Shown here piece after piece: positions 10,133 to 19,153 of a DNA stretch of 64,000 nucleotides. The position numbers were made by a program, and so were the translations under genes. Origin of the DNA: Fimbriimonadales bacterium (GTDB lineage Bacteria; Armatimonadota; Fimbriimonadia; Fimbriimonadales; JABRVX01); contig BTVI01000010.1 of assembly GCA_045862955.1 (NCBI GenBank), positions 27,512 to 91,511 on the forward strand. The letters are read 5' to 3'. Below the pieces are notes generated by a model. It saw only the letters and a program-made list of their open reading frames with translations. It had not been told where the DNA came from and searched no databases. Numbering within the stretch: the stretch's first letter is position 1; the number at the start of each line of letters is the position of its first letter.

Positions 10133-10780
10133 GTGCACGGCCTCTTCATCACCTTCGAAGGGCCGGAGGGTGGCGGCAAGAGCACGCAGATCGAGAGATG
10201 CGCGGAGTGGCTGACTTCCGAGAGCTACTCGGTGTTGGTCACTCGGGAGCCGGGGGGCAGGCATGCGCTCGGTGAAGGGGTGCGGAACATCCTGCTCGAG
10301 GGCGAGCCTGTCGTGCCGCTTGCCGAGATGTTCTTATTCCTCGCCGATCGAGCCCAACACGTCGCTCAGGTGATCGTGCCGGCGCTGGAACGCGGTGAGA
10401 TCGTGTTGTGCGACCGCCATGCGGACTCGACGACGGTGTATCAGGGCATCGCAAGGGGTTTGGGCAGGGAGCGCGCCGAAGAGCTGAACCGGTGGGCGAC
10501 CGGCGGACTGGAACCCGACTTGACGATCCTGTTGGATATCGAGCCCCGAGCCGGGCTCGCCCGCCTGAGCAACCTGGATAGGCTCGACCGCGAGGCGCTC
10601 GACTTCCACCGCGCGGTTCGCGAGGGGTTCCTCGCCTTGGCTGCAGAGAATCCACGCTATCGCGTGATTGACGCGTCTCAGTCGCCGGACGAAGTCGCTT
10701 CCCTCACGCGCCAAGCGATCGCTGCACTGCTCTCGGCACGCGGCTATAATAGGGTCACCCCAACCCAGGAGGGCCCATGA
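10133..10780 (+). CDS. tmk: Thymidylate kinase
   Basis: FITFEGPEGGGKST, TREPGG, CDR, YQG; GTG start at 10133. Confidence 0.95.
   Translation: MHGLFITFEGPEGGGKSTQIERCAEWLTSESYSVLVTREPGGRHALGEGVRNILLEGEPVVPLAEMFLFLADRAQHVAQVIVPALERGEIVLCDRHADSTTVYQGIARGLGRERAEELNRWATGGLEPDLTILLDIEPRAGLARLSNLDRLDREALDFHRAVREGFLALAAENPRYRVIDASQSPDEVASLTRQAIAALLSARGYNRVTPTQEGP
10745..10750 (+). promoter_or_regulatory. Putative internal -10 box for darA-holB
   Basis: Perfect TATAAT 26 nt before the darA ATG, with a GGAGG RBS in between. Confidence 0.45.
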
Positions 10781-11109
10781 AGCTACTGATCGCCGTGGTG
10801 CACAACCGTGACAAGAACAACATCACGGACGCGCTGCTGCGTGCGGGGTACAAGTTCACCACCATCGCCAGTACGGGAGGCTTTCTGCGCGAGGGCAACT
10901 CCACGCTGCTGATCGGCGCAGAGAACGACCAGGTCGAGTCGGTGATGGGACTGCTCGGCGAGAACTGCAAATCGCGCGAGCAATACGTGAACGCCCTTCC
11001 GCCGGATGCCGCACCCATCGGCACCTTCCTGCCCACCACCCCTATGAAGGTCACGGTCGGTGGCGCAATCATCTTCATCGTGGACGTGGAGCGATTCGAG
11101 AGGATCTAG
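10777..11109 (+). CDS. darA: PII-like c-di-AMP receptor (DarA/PstA/YaaQ family)
   Basis: MKLLIAVV, STGGFLREGNSTLLIG, VGGAIIF; tmk-yaaQ-holB synteny. Confidence 0.88.
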   Translation: MKLLIAVVHNRDKNNITDALLRAGYKFTTIASTGGFLREGNSTLLIGAENDQVESVMGLLGENCKSREQYVNALPPDAAPIGTFLPTTPMKVTVGGAIIFIVDVERFERI

Positions 11110-12155
11110 CCGCCTTCGAAGAGATCATCGGCCACACCGATGCCAAACGCCTGCTCGCTCGCGCACTCCAGAGCGGCCGCGAGCCCCATGCCTTCCTTTT
11201 CGTCGGGCCGAGCGGTGTCGGCAAGACCGCCCTCGCCACTTCCTATTGTCGCGCCCTGCTGTGCGAGACCCGAACGGGATGCGGGGAGTGCTCCTCCTGC
11301 AGACGGTTCGGTTCGGGCTCCCACCCAGACTTCGTGCGCATCTATCCGGGGCAGCGCGTAGACCCCGAGGACAAGGGTGACGCGATCCAGATCAAGGCGG
11401 TGAGGCAGCTCGTGCTGCCGCGCGTGACGGTCGGACCCGCCATCGGCGACCGGGTGGCGGTGCTGATCCAGCAAGCCGAGCGCATGACATGGGGGGCGGC
11501 CAACGCTCTGCTTAAGACGCTCGAGGAGCCACCCGATTGGATGCGCCTAGTCCTTACTGCCAACGCATCGGACGCTGTGCCGCCCACGATCCTGTCGCGT
11601 TGCACGCTGGTCGCCTTCGGGCAGGTGTCGCACGAGGAGCTTCGGGACGGCTTGGTCCGCCTCTTCGGGGCGACCGACGAAGTGGCGGAGGACGTAGCTT
11701 TCCTTGCCGGTGGCCTGCCGGGCCGAGCGATCGGGCTCCTGGAGGACCCGGACGCGCAGAATAGGGCGCGGAGCGTGGCAGCATTCGTGGAGGGCTTGGC
11801 CAATGCGTCCCGGGCAGAGGCGCTCGCTCTGGCCGAGCGGTTGCAGGAGGCGTCGGCGGCACCGGCTTCGGGGGAGGACCTGAGTGCTCGCGCGGCACTG
11901 GCCGCGTCGCTCGCGCACCTTGCGCAGTGCTTTCGGGACGCTGCGGTGATACGACTGAACGCGGACGGTCTGGGCTTGGCTGCGCCGACCGCGCAGAACG
12001 CAGTGGGGAAGCTCGCGGTCCGAGCCTCTGTGGAACACTGGTGCGCCTGTGCGGAACAAGCCTTGGAGTCCCGGAATCGCATTCTCGGGAACGCTAGCGC
12101 CCGCTACCAACTCGATGCACTGATGTCCCGCGTCGTGGCTGGCCTGGGAGACTGA
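11094..12155 (+). CDS. holB: DNA polymerase III delta' subunit; start codon uncertain (non-canonical)
   Basis: In-frame FEEIIGH...HAFLFVGPSGVGKT, Cys4 zinc module and HPDF lie upstream of GTG 11334; ANALLKTLEEPP and TILSRC downstream. Confidence 0.88.
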   Translation: MREDLAAFEEIIGHTDAKRLLARALQSGREPHAFLFVGPSGVGKTALATSYCRALLCETRTGCGECSSCRRFGSGSHPDFVRIYPGQRVDPEDKGDAIQIKAVRQLVLPRVTVGPAIGDRVAVLIQQAERMTWGAANALLKTLEEPPDWMRLVLTANASDAVPPTILSRCTLVAFGQVSHEELRDGLVRLFGATDEVAEDVAFLAGGLPGRAIGLLEDPDAQNRARSVAAFVEGLANASRAEALALAERLQEASAAPASGEDLSARAALAASLAHLAQCFRDAAVIRLNADGLGLAAPTAQNAVGKLAVRASVEHWCACAEQALESRNRILGNASARYQLDALMSRVVAGLGD

Positions 12156-12583
12156 CTCTTCGACACGGCTCGCCATCGGTGCTCTGTTGGCCCGTCGGCC
12201 GGCGCGCTGCGGGCGAGCGCACGAGGGTCGGGCTGGAACGAGCTTCGTGCTGCCAAAGGGGCGAGAACCCGCTCGGCCCGGGAAACTCCGCGCCCGGTCT
12301 GCTCGCGCTCTGGCCGCCCGCCAGAGATGGGCCCTAGTTCTGACGAGTTTCAAGTGAGGTGCTGTTCACGGGAACAGGCGCCCGTTGTCGGGACGGGTAC
12401 CCGCTCGAGCACTCGTCTCACTAGCCAACCGGACATCCGCAGGCACCAATGAACTCGAGTTGAAGCCCAGCAACGGTCGTATGGGCGACCCCCGAAAAAA
12501 GACCAGTACGAGGTGCTGCATGTAGTAGACAAGTTCATATACTTGTATTGGAGCCCGAGATGGAATGACACCCAGGACCCGTA

Positions 12584-13182
12584 ATGGCAAGGTCCGATGA
12601 CCGGGCCCAGCAAGGTGGCATGCCTCTCGCTAGAGAGGCACTGATCCGGCGAATCGCGTGGGTGCCCGTCCTCGTAGTCGTCGCGGTGGTGGTTGTGGCG
12701 ATCGGGACGCGGCCCTCGGCGATGAGCACCGCGATCACCGACCAGGTGCGCGTACGATTGGTCTTCGTCACCCACCCGAGATGTCCAGAGTGTCGCCCTT
12801 TGCAGGCCCGCATCGCTGGGACCCAGTCCGTGCTCCGCTGTCCCCCTTGTTGGCGCTGGGCGTGCTCACGCGAGCCTGGTCCCGCATGGACATCCTGAGC
12901 GTGCTGACGGTCGGAGTCGCGGCGCTCGTGCTGCTCGGCCCCGTATGCCACCTGCGGCGGCGCGCGGCGGCCTGGGCGGTTGCCCTGTCGGCTCTCCTGT
13001 TGGGGGCGTTCTATTGGGCCACCATGCTCGCACTAGTGGGCTACATCGAGCTGAGCGAGGTCTACGTGGTGACCCGAGTGTACACCGCTCTGTGTCCGTT
13101 TCTCATCGGGGCCGCCGTTGGATGGCTGATCCTGCTCGGCTACCGGTGGCAAGGCTGGTTGCCGAACTCGGAAAAGAACTGA
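12584..13182 (+). pseudogene. Multi-TM membrane protein split by a -1 frameshift near 12800 (or two small ORFs)
   Basis: Hydrophobic N-terminus in the 12584 frame; three TM-like helices in the -1 frame ending at 13182. Confidence 0.35.
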
Positions 13183-13270
13183 CACAGAGGTGTCTTTTCC
13201 TGTTGGACGGTGTCGGCGTCGTTCATTCAGCCGACAGCAATTCCAACCTGTCCCGGCCGGCAGTGCTGGG

Positions 13271-14503
13271 CTACGCCTCAGACAGCAGTCCGTCCTTGCT
13301 TGGGGCGAGGGCGTCGAGCCACTTTCGCAGCACGAGGTGTGCTACGCCGTTGGCGGCGCCCCAATCCTCCGACTCGGATACAGTGAGGCGCATGTTGTCG
13401 TACACATCCGGCTCCACGCCGAGGCGCACCGTGCGGCGAACCACGTCGAGGTTCAGAAGGCCCGATGTGGCGAGTTGCCCGGCAACCAACACGGTTCGCG
13501 GGCGCAATAGTCCGCCGATGGTGCTGATTGCGTCGCCGACTGCCTCGCTAACATCGCTCACGACGCGGAACGCGAGCGTGTCGCCGGCTTGAGCCGCCCT
13601 GGCGATGAGCCCAGGCGTCAGTGCATCTAAGTCGCCGCCGAGCATGTCCAGCAGCAGGCACGGCCCGCAGTGTTCCAGAGCGCGACGCGTGTTGGCCGTG
13701 AGCCGATCCAACGCCACGACCTCCTCCAACCGGGTCGTCTTTGGGCCTCCTCTACCGTTGGGGCTCACTAGCAGGTTCCGAACGTCCAGCGGCGCACCGT
13801 TCGATCCCTTGTAGGGGGTGCCGAATATGGATAACGCACTTCCCAGCTCGCTGCCGAACTCCAACAGAAGACACGTCTGGTCCCTGAGTGTAGGGTTCTG
13901 GTACACGTCCCAAACGAGCCGAGCCCGAGTCACGTGGTCGATCGCGACGACCTTCCCTTCGAACATCCGCTCGAGGATCTCCAGAAAGTTCCTCTCCGGC
14001 ACTGCGTCCGAGTTGGGATAGTTGCGGGCAATCCCGGAGTCACTGTATACGATGCCAGAGAGGGCAACTCCCGCACCGATGATTTGCTCCGAGCTGACCT
14101 CCGCCAACCCGAGGACGGCGTCCATGCCTGCCTTCATCTTGTCGGCCAAGCCATCGCCCGGCGGAAGCTCGGCCGTGTGGTGCTGTGCGAGCTGTTCGCC
14201 GTCCGGATTCACCAAGACGGTTCGAATGCCGTCACTGGTGATCGCTTGGCCCACGATCAGCGCTTTCTGGGCCGAGAGGCGAAGCTGAACTGGCCGCCGG
14301 CCGCCGAGAGAGACGGCGCGGCCGGACTCCCGAAGCCATCCGGAGTTGATGAGCCTCCGAATCACTAGCGAGATCGCCGCGGGGCTTTGTCCCAATCTTT
14401 GTGCGAGTTCCTGCCGGGTGATATCGGGGAACTCATAGACGTAACGAATCAACTGGCGCTCTACGCGCCAGGCCCCCGGGGTTCGCTTTCTTCGACGAGC
14501 CAT
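13271..14503 (-). CDS. ROK-family (NagC/XylR-like) transcriptional regulator
   Basis: N-terminal wHTH (ITRQELAQRLGQSPAAIS...GGRRP), ROK fold, GVALSGIV. Confidence 0.85.
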   Translation of the reverse strand: MARRRKRTPGAWRVERQLIRYVYEFPDITRQELAQRLGQSPAAISLVIRRLINSGWLRESGRAVSLGGRRPVQLRLSAQKALIVGQAITSDGIRTVLVNPDGEQLAQHHTAELPPGDGLADKMKAGMDAVLGLAEVSSEQIIGAGVALSGIVYSDSGIARNYPNSDAVPERNFLEILERMFEGKVVAIDHVTRARLVWDVYQNPTLRDQTCLLLEFGSELGSALSIFGTPYKGSNGAPLDVRNLLVSPNGRGGPKTTRLEEVVALDRLTANTRRALEHCGPCLLLDMLGGDLDALTPGLIARAAQAGDTLAFRVVSDVSEAVGDAISTIGGLLRPRTVLVAGQLATSGLLNLDVVRRTVRLGVEPDVYDNMRLTVSESEDWGAANGVAHLVLRKWLDALAPSKDGLLSEA

Positions 14504-14630
14504 TATGTGATACCTCTCATAACCATGCGGGTTCGAAGCCCAAATAGTTTCGAAAGCTGGGTACCGCTATCTACACGGCTTGCCGGAACGTGCTTCCCAT
14601 AGCAGATGAACCCTTACTTACAACGCGCCT

Positions 14631-14660
14631 AGCATACATCCAGGTTTTGCGTCAAGTCAA
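14631..14660 (-). promoter_or_regulatory. Sigma70-type promoter for the ROK gene
   Basis: Minus strand TTGACT-18nt-TATGCT. Confidence 0.5.
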
Positions 14661-14760
14661 TAGCAAGGGAGGTCGGCGGAGCGAGTTTGCACAAAGTTTG
14701 TCCGAACACGGGCGGCCCGTTCCGCCGATCCCGGACGAACTGCCTGAACGGAGACTAAGG

Positions 14761-14786
14761 GGAACTCTGAGCAGGAGGATTGCGTA
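14761..14786 (+). promoter_or_regulatory. ECF-sigma autoregulatory promoter
   Basis: GGAACT-16nt-CGTA just upstream of the ECF sigma gene. Confidence 0.65.
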
Positions 14787-14814
14787 GACCAGGGAATAGA
14801 GGGATGTCACAACG

Positions 14815-15420
14815 ATGACCGTTGCTCGTGAGGCCACCGCTATAAAGGCTCTGGATCAAGCACTCTTCGAGGACCTCCTCCGCAAGCATCATCGGCAAGC
14901 CTATAACCTCGCTTACCGCATGACTGGTAATGAGGCGGACGCCGAGGACTTGGTCCAAGAGGCCTTCGTCCGAGCCTACCGATTCTTCGACCGCTACGAC
15001 ACGAGACTGCCCTTTACCAGTTGGCTGTATCGAATAATGACCAACGCGCACATAGACGTTCTGAGGCGGCGCTCGCGTATGCGGACTGTATCGCTCGATG
15101 AACCGGTCAAGGGTGACGATGGCGAGTCTTCGCTTGCCTGGGAACTGCCTGACGACCGACCGAGCCCAGAGGATGTCCTGCTGTCCGGCGTCCTGGACGA
15201 GACCCTGCAGCGGGGCCTGGCATCCCTTCCAGAACCATTCCGCTGGGCTGTACTGCTAGCCGACGTGGAAGGACTCTCGTACGACGAGATATCCGATGTA
15301 ATGAACTGCTCCGTGGGCACGGTGCGCTCGCGCATCCACCGGGGTAGGAAGCTGCTGCGAAGCTTCTTGAGCAGACAAAAGGGTTTTGAGGCTGCGATGA
15401 ACTCGAGGTGTGGTTCATGA
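14815..15420 (+). CDS. ECF RNA polymerase sigma factor
   Basis: DAEDLVQEAF, FTSWLYRI, GLSYDEIS, GTVRSRIHRGR. Confidence 0.95.
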   Translation: MTVAREATAIKALDQALFEDLLRKHHRQAYNLAYRMTGNEADAEDLVQEAFVRAYRFFDRYDTRLPFTSWLYRIMTNAHIDVLRRRSRMRTVSLDEPVKGDDGESSLAWELPDDRPSPEDVLLSGVLDETLQRGLASLPEPFRWAVLLADVEGLSYDEISDVMNCSVGTVRSRIHRGRKLLRSFLSRQKGFEAAMNSRCGS

Positions 15421-15938
15421 ATTGTAGGTATGTGGAGAGCCGGCTGTCTTGTTACGTGGACGAAGAGCTGACCGGCTTCGAGATGATGCTGGTTCGCAGG
15501 CATCTTGCCCGGTGCGAGTCGTGCGAGCGCGAGCTGGAGAACATCCTATCCACGAAGCGGTTGCTTAGCTCTTTGCAGTGCGTGCCCGCCTCCGAGGGCT
15601 TCGAGGATCGCCTGTTGAATGCCGTGCTCGGAACGCAGTCCGCGCACTGGTGGGAGCGATTCCGTAAGGAGGCACGGGCGAACTGGCTCGCATGGTCGTT
15701 CGGTCTGTGCGGTCTGGTTGCTGCCGCTGTGATCTGGGTAGTTCCGGAGCAGCGCGACCTCTTTACGAAAGGCCCCGGCAGCTATGATGCCGGCATCCAG
15801 AGTGCCGGCCATTATATGGCACCTCAGCTCGACAGCGAGACCCGTAAGCTGCTCGAAGATCACTACGACCGGCGGCCGGATGTCCCGGATGTGGTGGTAC
15901 CGGAGAAGCACTCCGTCCCCGTCATCTTCGAACGGTAG
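15417..15938 (+). CDS. Zinc-binding (ZAS/zf-HC2) transmembrane anti-sigma factor
   Basis: HLARCESC (HxxxCxxC), one TM, ATGA overlap with the sigma stop. Confidence 0.88.
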   Translation: MNCRYVESRLSCYVDEELTGFEMMLVRRHLARCESCERELENILSTKRLLSSLQCVPASEGFEDRLLNAVLGTQSAHWWERFRKEARANWLAWSFGLCGLVAAAVIWVVPEQRDLFTKGPGSYDAGIQSAGHYMAPQLDSETRKLLEDHYDRRPDVPDVVVPEKHSVPVIFER

Positions 15939-15956
15939 GGCACTCTGAGGGGAAGC

Positions 15957-17189
15957 ATGAGCCTCCGCCATATCCCCTTGCTCTGGTTAGGGGTGATGAG
16001 TTCCGCCTATGCGAACTCGCCCGAAAACCTGCTGGCCTCGGCGCTGAGCTCACACGTAAAGACACCCCTCCTCGCCATGCAGCGGGTGCGCGTCCTCCAG
16101 AATGGCACTCTCGTGGAATATCGGGTGCTGGTCGAGCAGGATGGAAAAGGATGCGCCCGCTACGAGGTGCTCGCTCCCATTCGACACAAGGGTATGGTGT
16201 TGGTCGAGGGGCCGAATCAGCAGACACGCTTCGACCCTAACACGAATCGGTGTGAGGTTCAGCCGTCCGCCCGTTCATCCGGACAGCAAATCGTGGACAA
16301 GCGGAGGCCTGCTCTGATAAAGAGCAATTACAGGGTCACGCTCGATGGCCATGCAACGGTGGGTGGCCGCAAAGCTCTGGTCATTACGGCTCGCCCCTTG
16401 GCTCAGGGAGTGCTGAAGAGGACCTACTGGCTAGATGCCGAGCGAAACTTCATACTGAAGATGCGCATCGTGGGAGAAGACGGTGCTCTTCTCTACGAGC
16501 GGGAGCTGATGTTCCCCAAACTGGGTGTCGAGTTTCGCCCGGGAACCTTCGCGGTTCGCATTGGGTGTGGCGTGGAGGCGACGCGGCGTCCGACTCCGAA
16601 GTTGTTCACATCCCTCTCCGCGCTGTCCAAGGACGTCGGTTTCGACATCCTTACTCCCCAGGAACTGCCCGTGGGTCTCCACTTCCTTTATGCCGAGTCG
16701 ATGGAGACGTCGAGCGGCAAGACCGCAGTGCTCCGCTACTCGGACGGGCTGGCGCAGGCTTCGGTATACCAAGTCAAGAGTTCTGTATTAGTTCCGACCA
16801 CGAACGCCTTTGCAGGGGCCGATCGAGCCGCCGTATTCTCGCGCCATGGGTCGAAGTACACGATCGTGGGGGACCTGGGTGAGAGTGGAATGAGTCGGCT
16901 CGTAGCCGGTTTCGAGGAAGCCGATAAGGCACGCCAGCATCGCTGGGCAAACGAACTCGCCAAGCAGCTCAACGCACCTGCGGCGGAAGTGCATCGCCTG
17001 CTCGACGCAGGGATGGACCTGAACGACGCAGCATTTCTCCTAGTCGTGCGAGAGGCATCCCGCGAGCAGCTTGCAAGCTTGAAACAGTGGTGGCTCGCCG
17101 GAATGACGCGGCAGGAAATCGTCACTCGGAGCCGCGCAGACTGGAGCGATGTGCAAGAGCGCATGCGTACTGTAGGAATGAGTAGGTAG
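15957..17189 (+). CDS. MucB/RseB-like periplasmic protein with C-terminal helical extension
   Basis: Signal peptide; NYRVTLDGHATVGGRKA, YWLDAE, LRYSDGLAQASVYQ; operon position. Confidence 0.7.
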   Translation: MSLRHIPLLWLGVMSSAYANSPENLLASALSSHVKTPLLAMQRVRVLQNGTLVEYRVLVEQDGKGCARYEVLAPIRHKGMVLVEGPNQQTRFDPNTNRCEVQPSARSSGQQIVDKRRPALIKSNYRVTLDGHATVGGRKALVITARPLAQGVLKRTYWLDAERNFILKMRIVGEDGALLYERELMFPKLGVEFRPGTFAVRIGCGVEATRRPTPKLFTSLSALSKDVGFDILTPQELPVGLHFLYAESMETSSGKTAVLRYSDGLAQASVYQVKSSVLVPTTNAFAGADRAAVFSRHGSKYTIVGDLGESGMSRLVAGFEEADKARQHRWANELAKQLNAPAAEVHRLLDAGMDLNDAAFLLVVREASREQLASLKQWWLAGMTRQEIVTRSRADWSDVQERMRTVGMSR

Positions 17190-17224
17190 ACGATATCGAA
17201 GGATACGGGAGGTAACCAAGAACC

Positions 17225-18754
17225 ATGAAGGGCTGGTTAGGCCGGCTGTTTCAGACGCCCGCCGGCATGTATATCTCGATCGGCATGCTGATCGGGGCTA
17301 CAGCTACCGTCGCGATCATCAGTTATCGAGCAGTTCCCGCACAGGCAGGAATCGTGACGGCATCATCGCTAACTAACGCCGAAGAGGCTACGCTCTCAGC
17401 CATCGAGAGTGCGTTCACGAAGATCGTCGAGCAGGCATCGCCCGCGGTTGTTAGTATCCAGGCGAAGAAGGACATGACGGCGTCGGGCATCAGCATCTTC
17501 GGGCCGATTCCCGCCATACAAGGGCAAGGGTCCGGCGTAGTCATCCGCAGCGATGGGTGGATCCTGACGAACGATCACGTAGTCCGGGGCGCCGACAAAG
17601 TGATCGTGGAGTTTGCCGATGGACGACAGCTCGAGGGAACCGTGCGACGCGACTATCTTGGTGATGTAGCTGTCGTGAAGGTGGATGCCACCAATCTGCC
17701 GACCCTGCCGCTCGCCAATTCGGACGAGGTCAAACCGGGTCAGTTCGCCATCGCCATCGGAAGCCCATTCGGTCTGGAGAACACGGTGACGATAGGCCAT
17801 ATTAGCGCAATCAGTCGGGCCCAGTACGTACCCGACAATACCCCTCGTCTGCTGACGCCGAGGGGCCAAGACCCACGGAACCTACCGGCAGGACGCTACT
17901 ACCCGACGCTGATCCAAACGGACGCTGCGATCAACCCCGGTAACTCTGGCGGCCCGCTGATCAACATCCACGGCGAAGTGATCGGCATCAACACCGCGAT
18001 CGCATCGGACATGGGCGGCAACGTGGGTGTCGGTTTCGCGATCCCCATCAACATCGCTCAGGACATCGCGAACCAGCTCATTGCCAAGGGTAAGGTCGCG
18101 CGCGGCTACTTGGGAGTAGAGCCTGCCGACCTGACCCCGGACGATCGCGAGCGGCTCGGAGTGAGCTCCGGTGCTTTGGTGAAGAGCGTGCAGAAGGGGG
18201 ACCCGGCGGACCGGGCGGGCATTAGAGCGGATGACGTGGTGGTCGAGATCAACGGTACGAAGATCAATCGAGCAGTGGATCTTCGCACGAAGATGCTGCA
18301 CGTGCCGCCGGGTGAGCAAGCTACGCTCAAGGTCGTTCGAGGCGGCAAGACGCTGACATTGAACGTCACGGTTGGTGCTCCGCCAATGGACCCCGACCTC
18401 GACCAGCGGCTGGAGCGTGATCTCTCTGAGCGCGACGAGACCCCGAAGCTGGACTTGCCGGTCAAAGGACGCCTCGGTGCCGCTGTCACCGAGATCACAG
18501 ATGAGGTGCGCAAGGAGTACAAGTTGCCCTCGGGAGTGAGCGGAGTAGTCGTGGTAGAGGTTCAGCCTGGCACCGCCGCAGACCGAGTCGGGCTTCGACC
18601 TGGCGACGTGATCGAGCAGTTCAACGGGAAGAAGCTGCGCACGCCGGACGAGCTACGCTCGTTAGTGGAGAAGGCTCAGGGCAACTACTCCCTAGTGGTC
18701 CGACGGTCCATCGGCGGTCAAATGGCCACGATACAGATCCAGATCCGCGAATAG
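17225..18754 (+). CDS. DegP/MucD-like serine protease with 2 PDZ domains
   Basis: TNDHV, IQTDAAINPGNSGG, two PDZ domains. Confidence 0.93.
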   Translation: MKGWLGRLFQTPAGMYISIGMLIGATATVAIISYRAVPAQAGIVTASSLTNAEEATLSAIESAFTKIVEQASPAVVSIQAKKDMTASGISIFGPIPAIQGQGSGVVIRSDGWILTNDHVVRGADKVIVEFADGRQLEGTVRRDYLGDVAVVKVDATNLPTLPLANSDEVKPGQFAIAIGSPFGLENTVTIGHISAISRAQYVPDNTPRLLTPRGQDPRNLPAGRYYPTLIQTDAAINPGNSGGPLINIHGEVIGINTAIASDMGGNVGVGFAIPINIAQDIANQLIAKGKVARGYLGVEPADLTPDDRERLGVSSGALVKSVQKGDPADRAGIRADDVVVEINGTKINRAVDLRTKMLHVPPGEQATLKVVRGGKTLTLNVTVGAPPMDPDLDQRLERDLSERDETPKLDLPVKGRLGAAVTEITDEVRKEYKLPSGVSGVVVVEVQPGTAADRVGLRPGDVIEQFNGKKLRTPDELRSLVEKAQGNYSLVVRRSIGGQMATIQIQIRE

Positions 18755-18769
18755 GGCCCGGATTGGTCA

Positions 18770-18807
18770 GGAGCCGGCATCGCGCCTTCGGGTTGCGGGC
18801 CGGCTCC
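18770..18807 (+). terminator. GC hairpin after the DegP gene
   Basis: GGAGCCGGC...GCCGGCTCC inverted repeat; weak U tract. Confidence 0.45.
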
Positions 18808-18815
18808 ATTGCATC

Positions 18816-19012
18816 GCTCCGTCACGACGCTTGGACCGAGCGGTACAGTGTTCTGCCTGGGAGCAGACCTGGGTACGCACAAACCTAAACTGCTGACAGG
18901 GTTAAGCCACTATTCTTCGTAGTTAGGCTATTGCCGAACTAAGACAGTGAAGCTCCGGTCCCCGACGGCTACGCAAGCGCCGAGGGTCCCTGCTCGGTCG
19001 TGGGGCCGGAGC
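18816..19012. ncRNA. Candidate structured RNA, family unknown
   Basis: Multiple nested and alternative stems; no credible ORF. Confidence 0.25.
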
Positions 19013-19047
19013 CTCTGCCTCCTGCTGCCTATCCGGCGAACGGGCAA

Positions 19048-19077
19048 TTGCCCCAACTTCTGCAAACCCACTATAAT
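19048..19077 (+). promoter_or_regulatory. Sigma70-type promoter of the A2M-VanW-glmS run
   Basis: TTGCCC-18nt-TATAAT. Confidence 0.6.
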
Positions 19078-19153
19078 AGCTGGGGGTCCTTGCGGCGCCT
19101 GTCGAACGAGTGCGCCGCGCTAGCGAAGCGGGATTCCGGGGAGGCATCGGTTT

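Noticed and set aside
18860..18945. c-di-GMP-I riboswitch or HEARO/omega RNA
   Set aside because: Only short motif resemblance; the P1 partner and an IscB gene are absent. Kept only as an unnamed RNA candidate.
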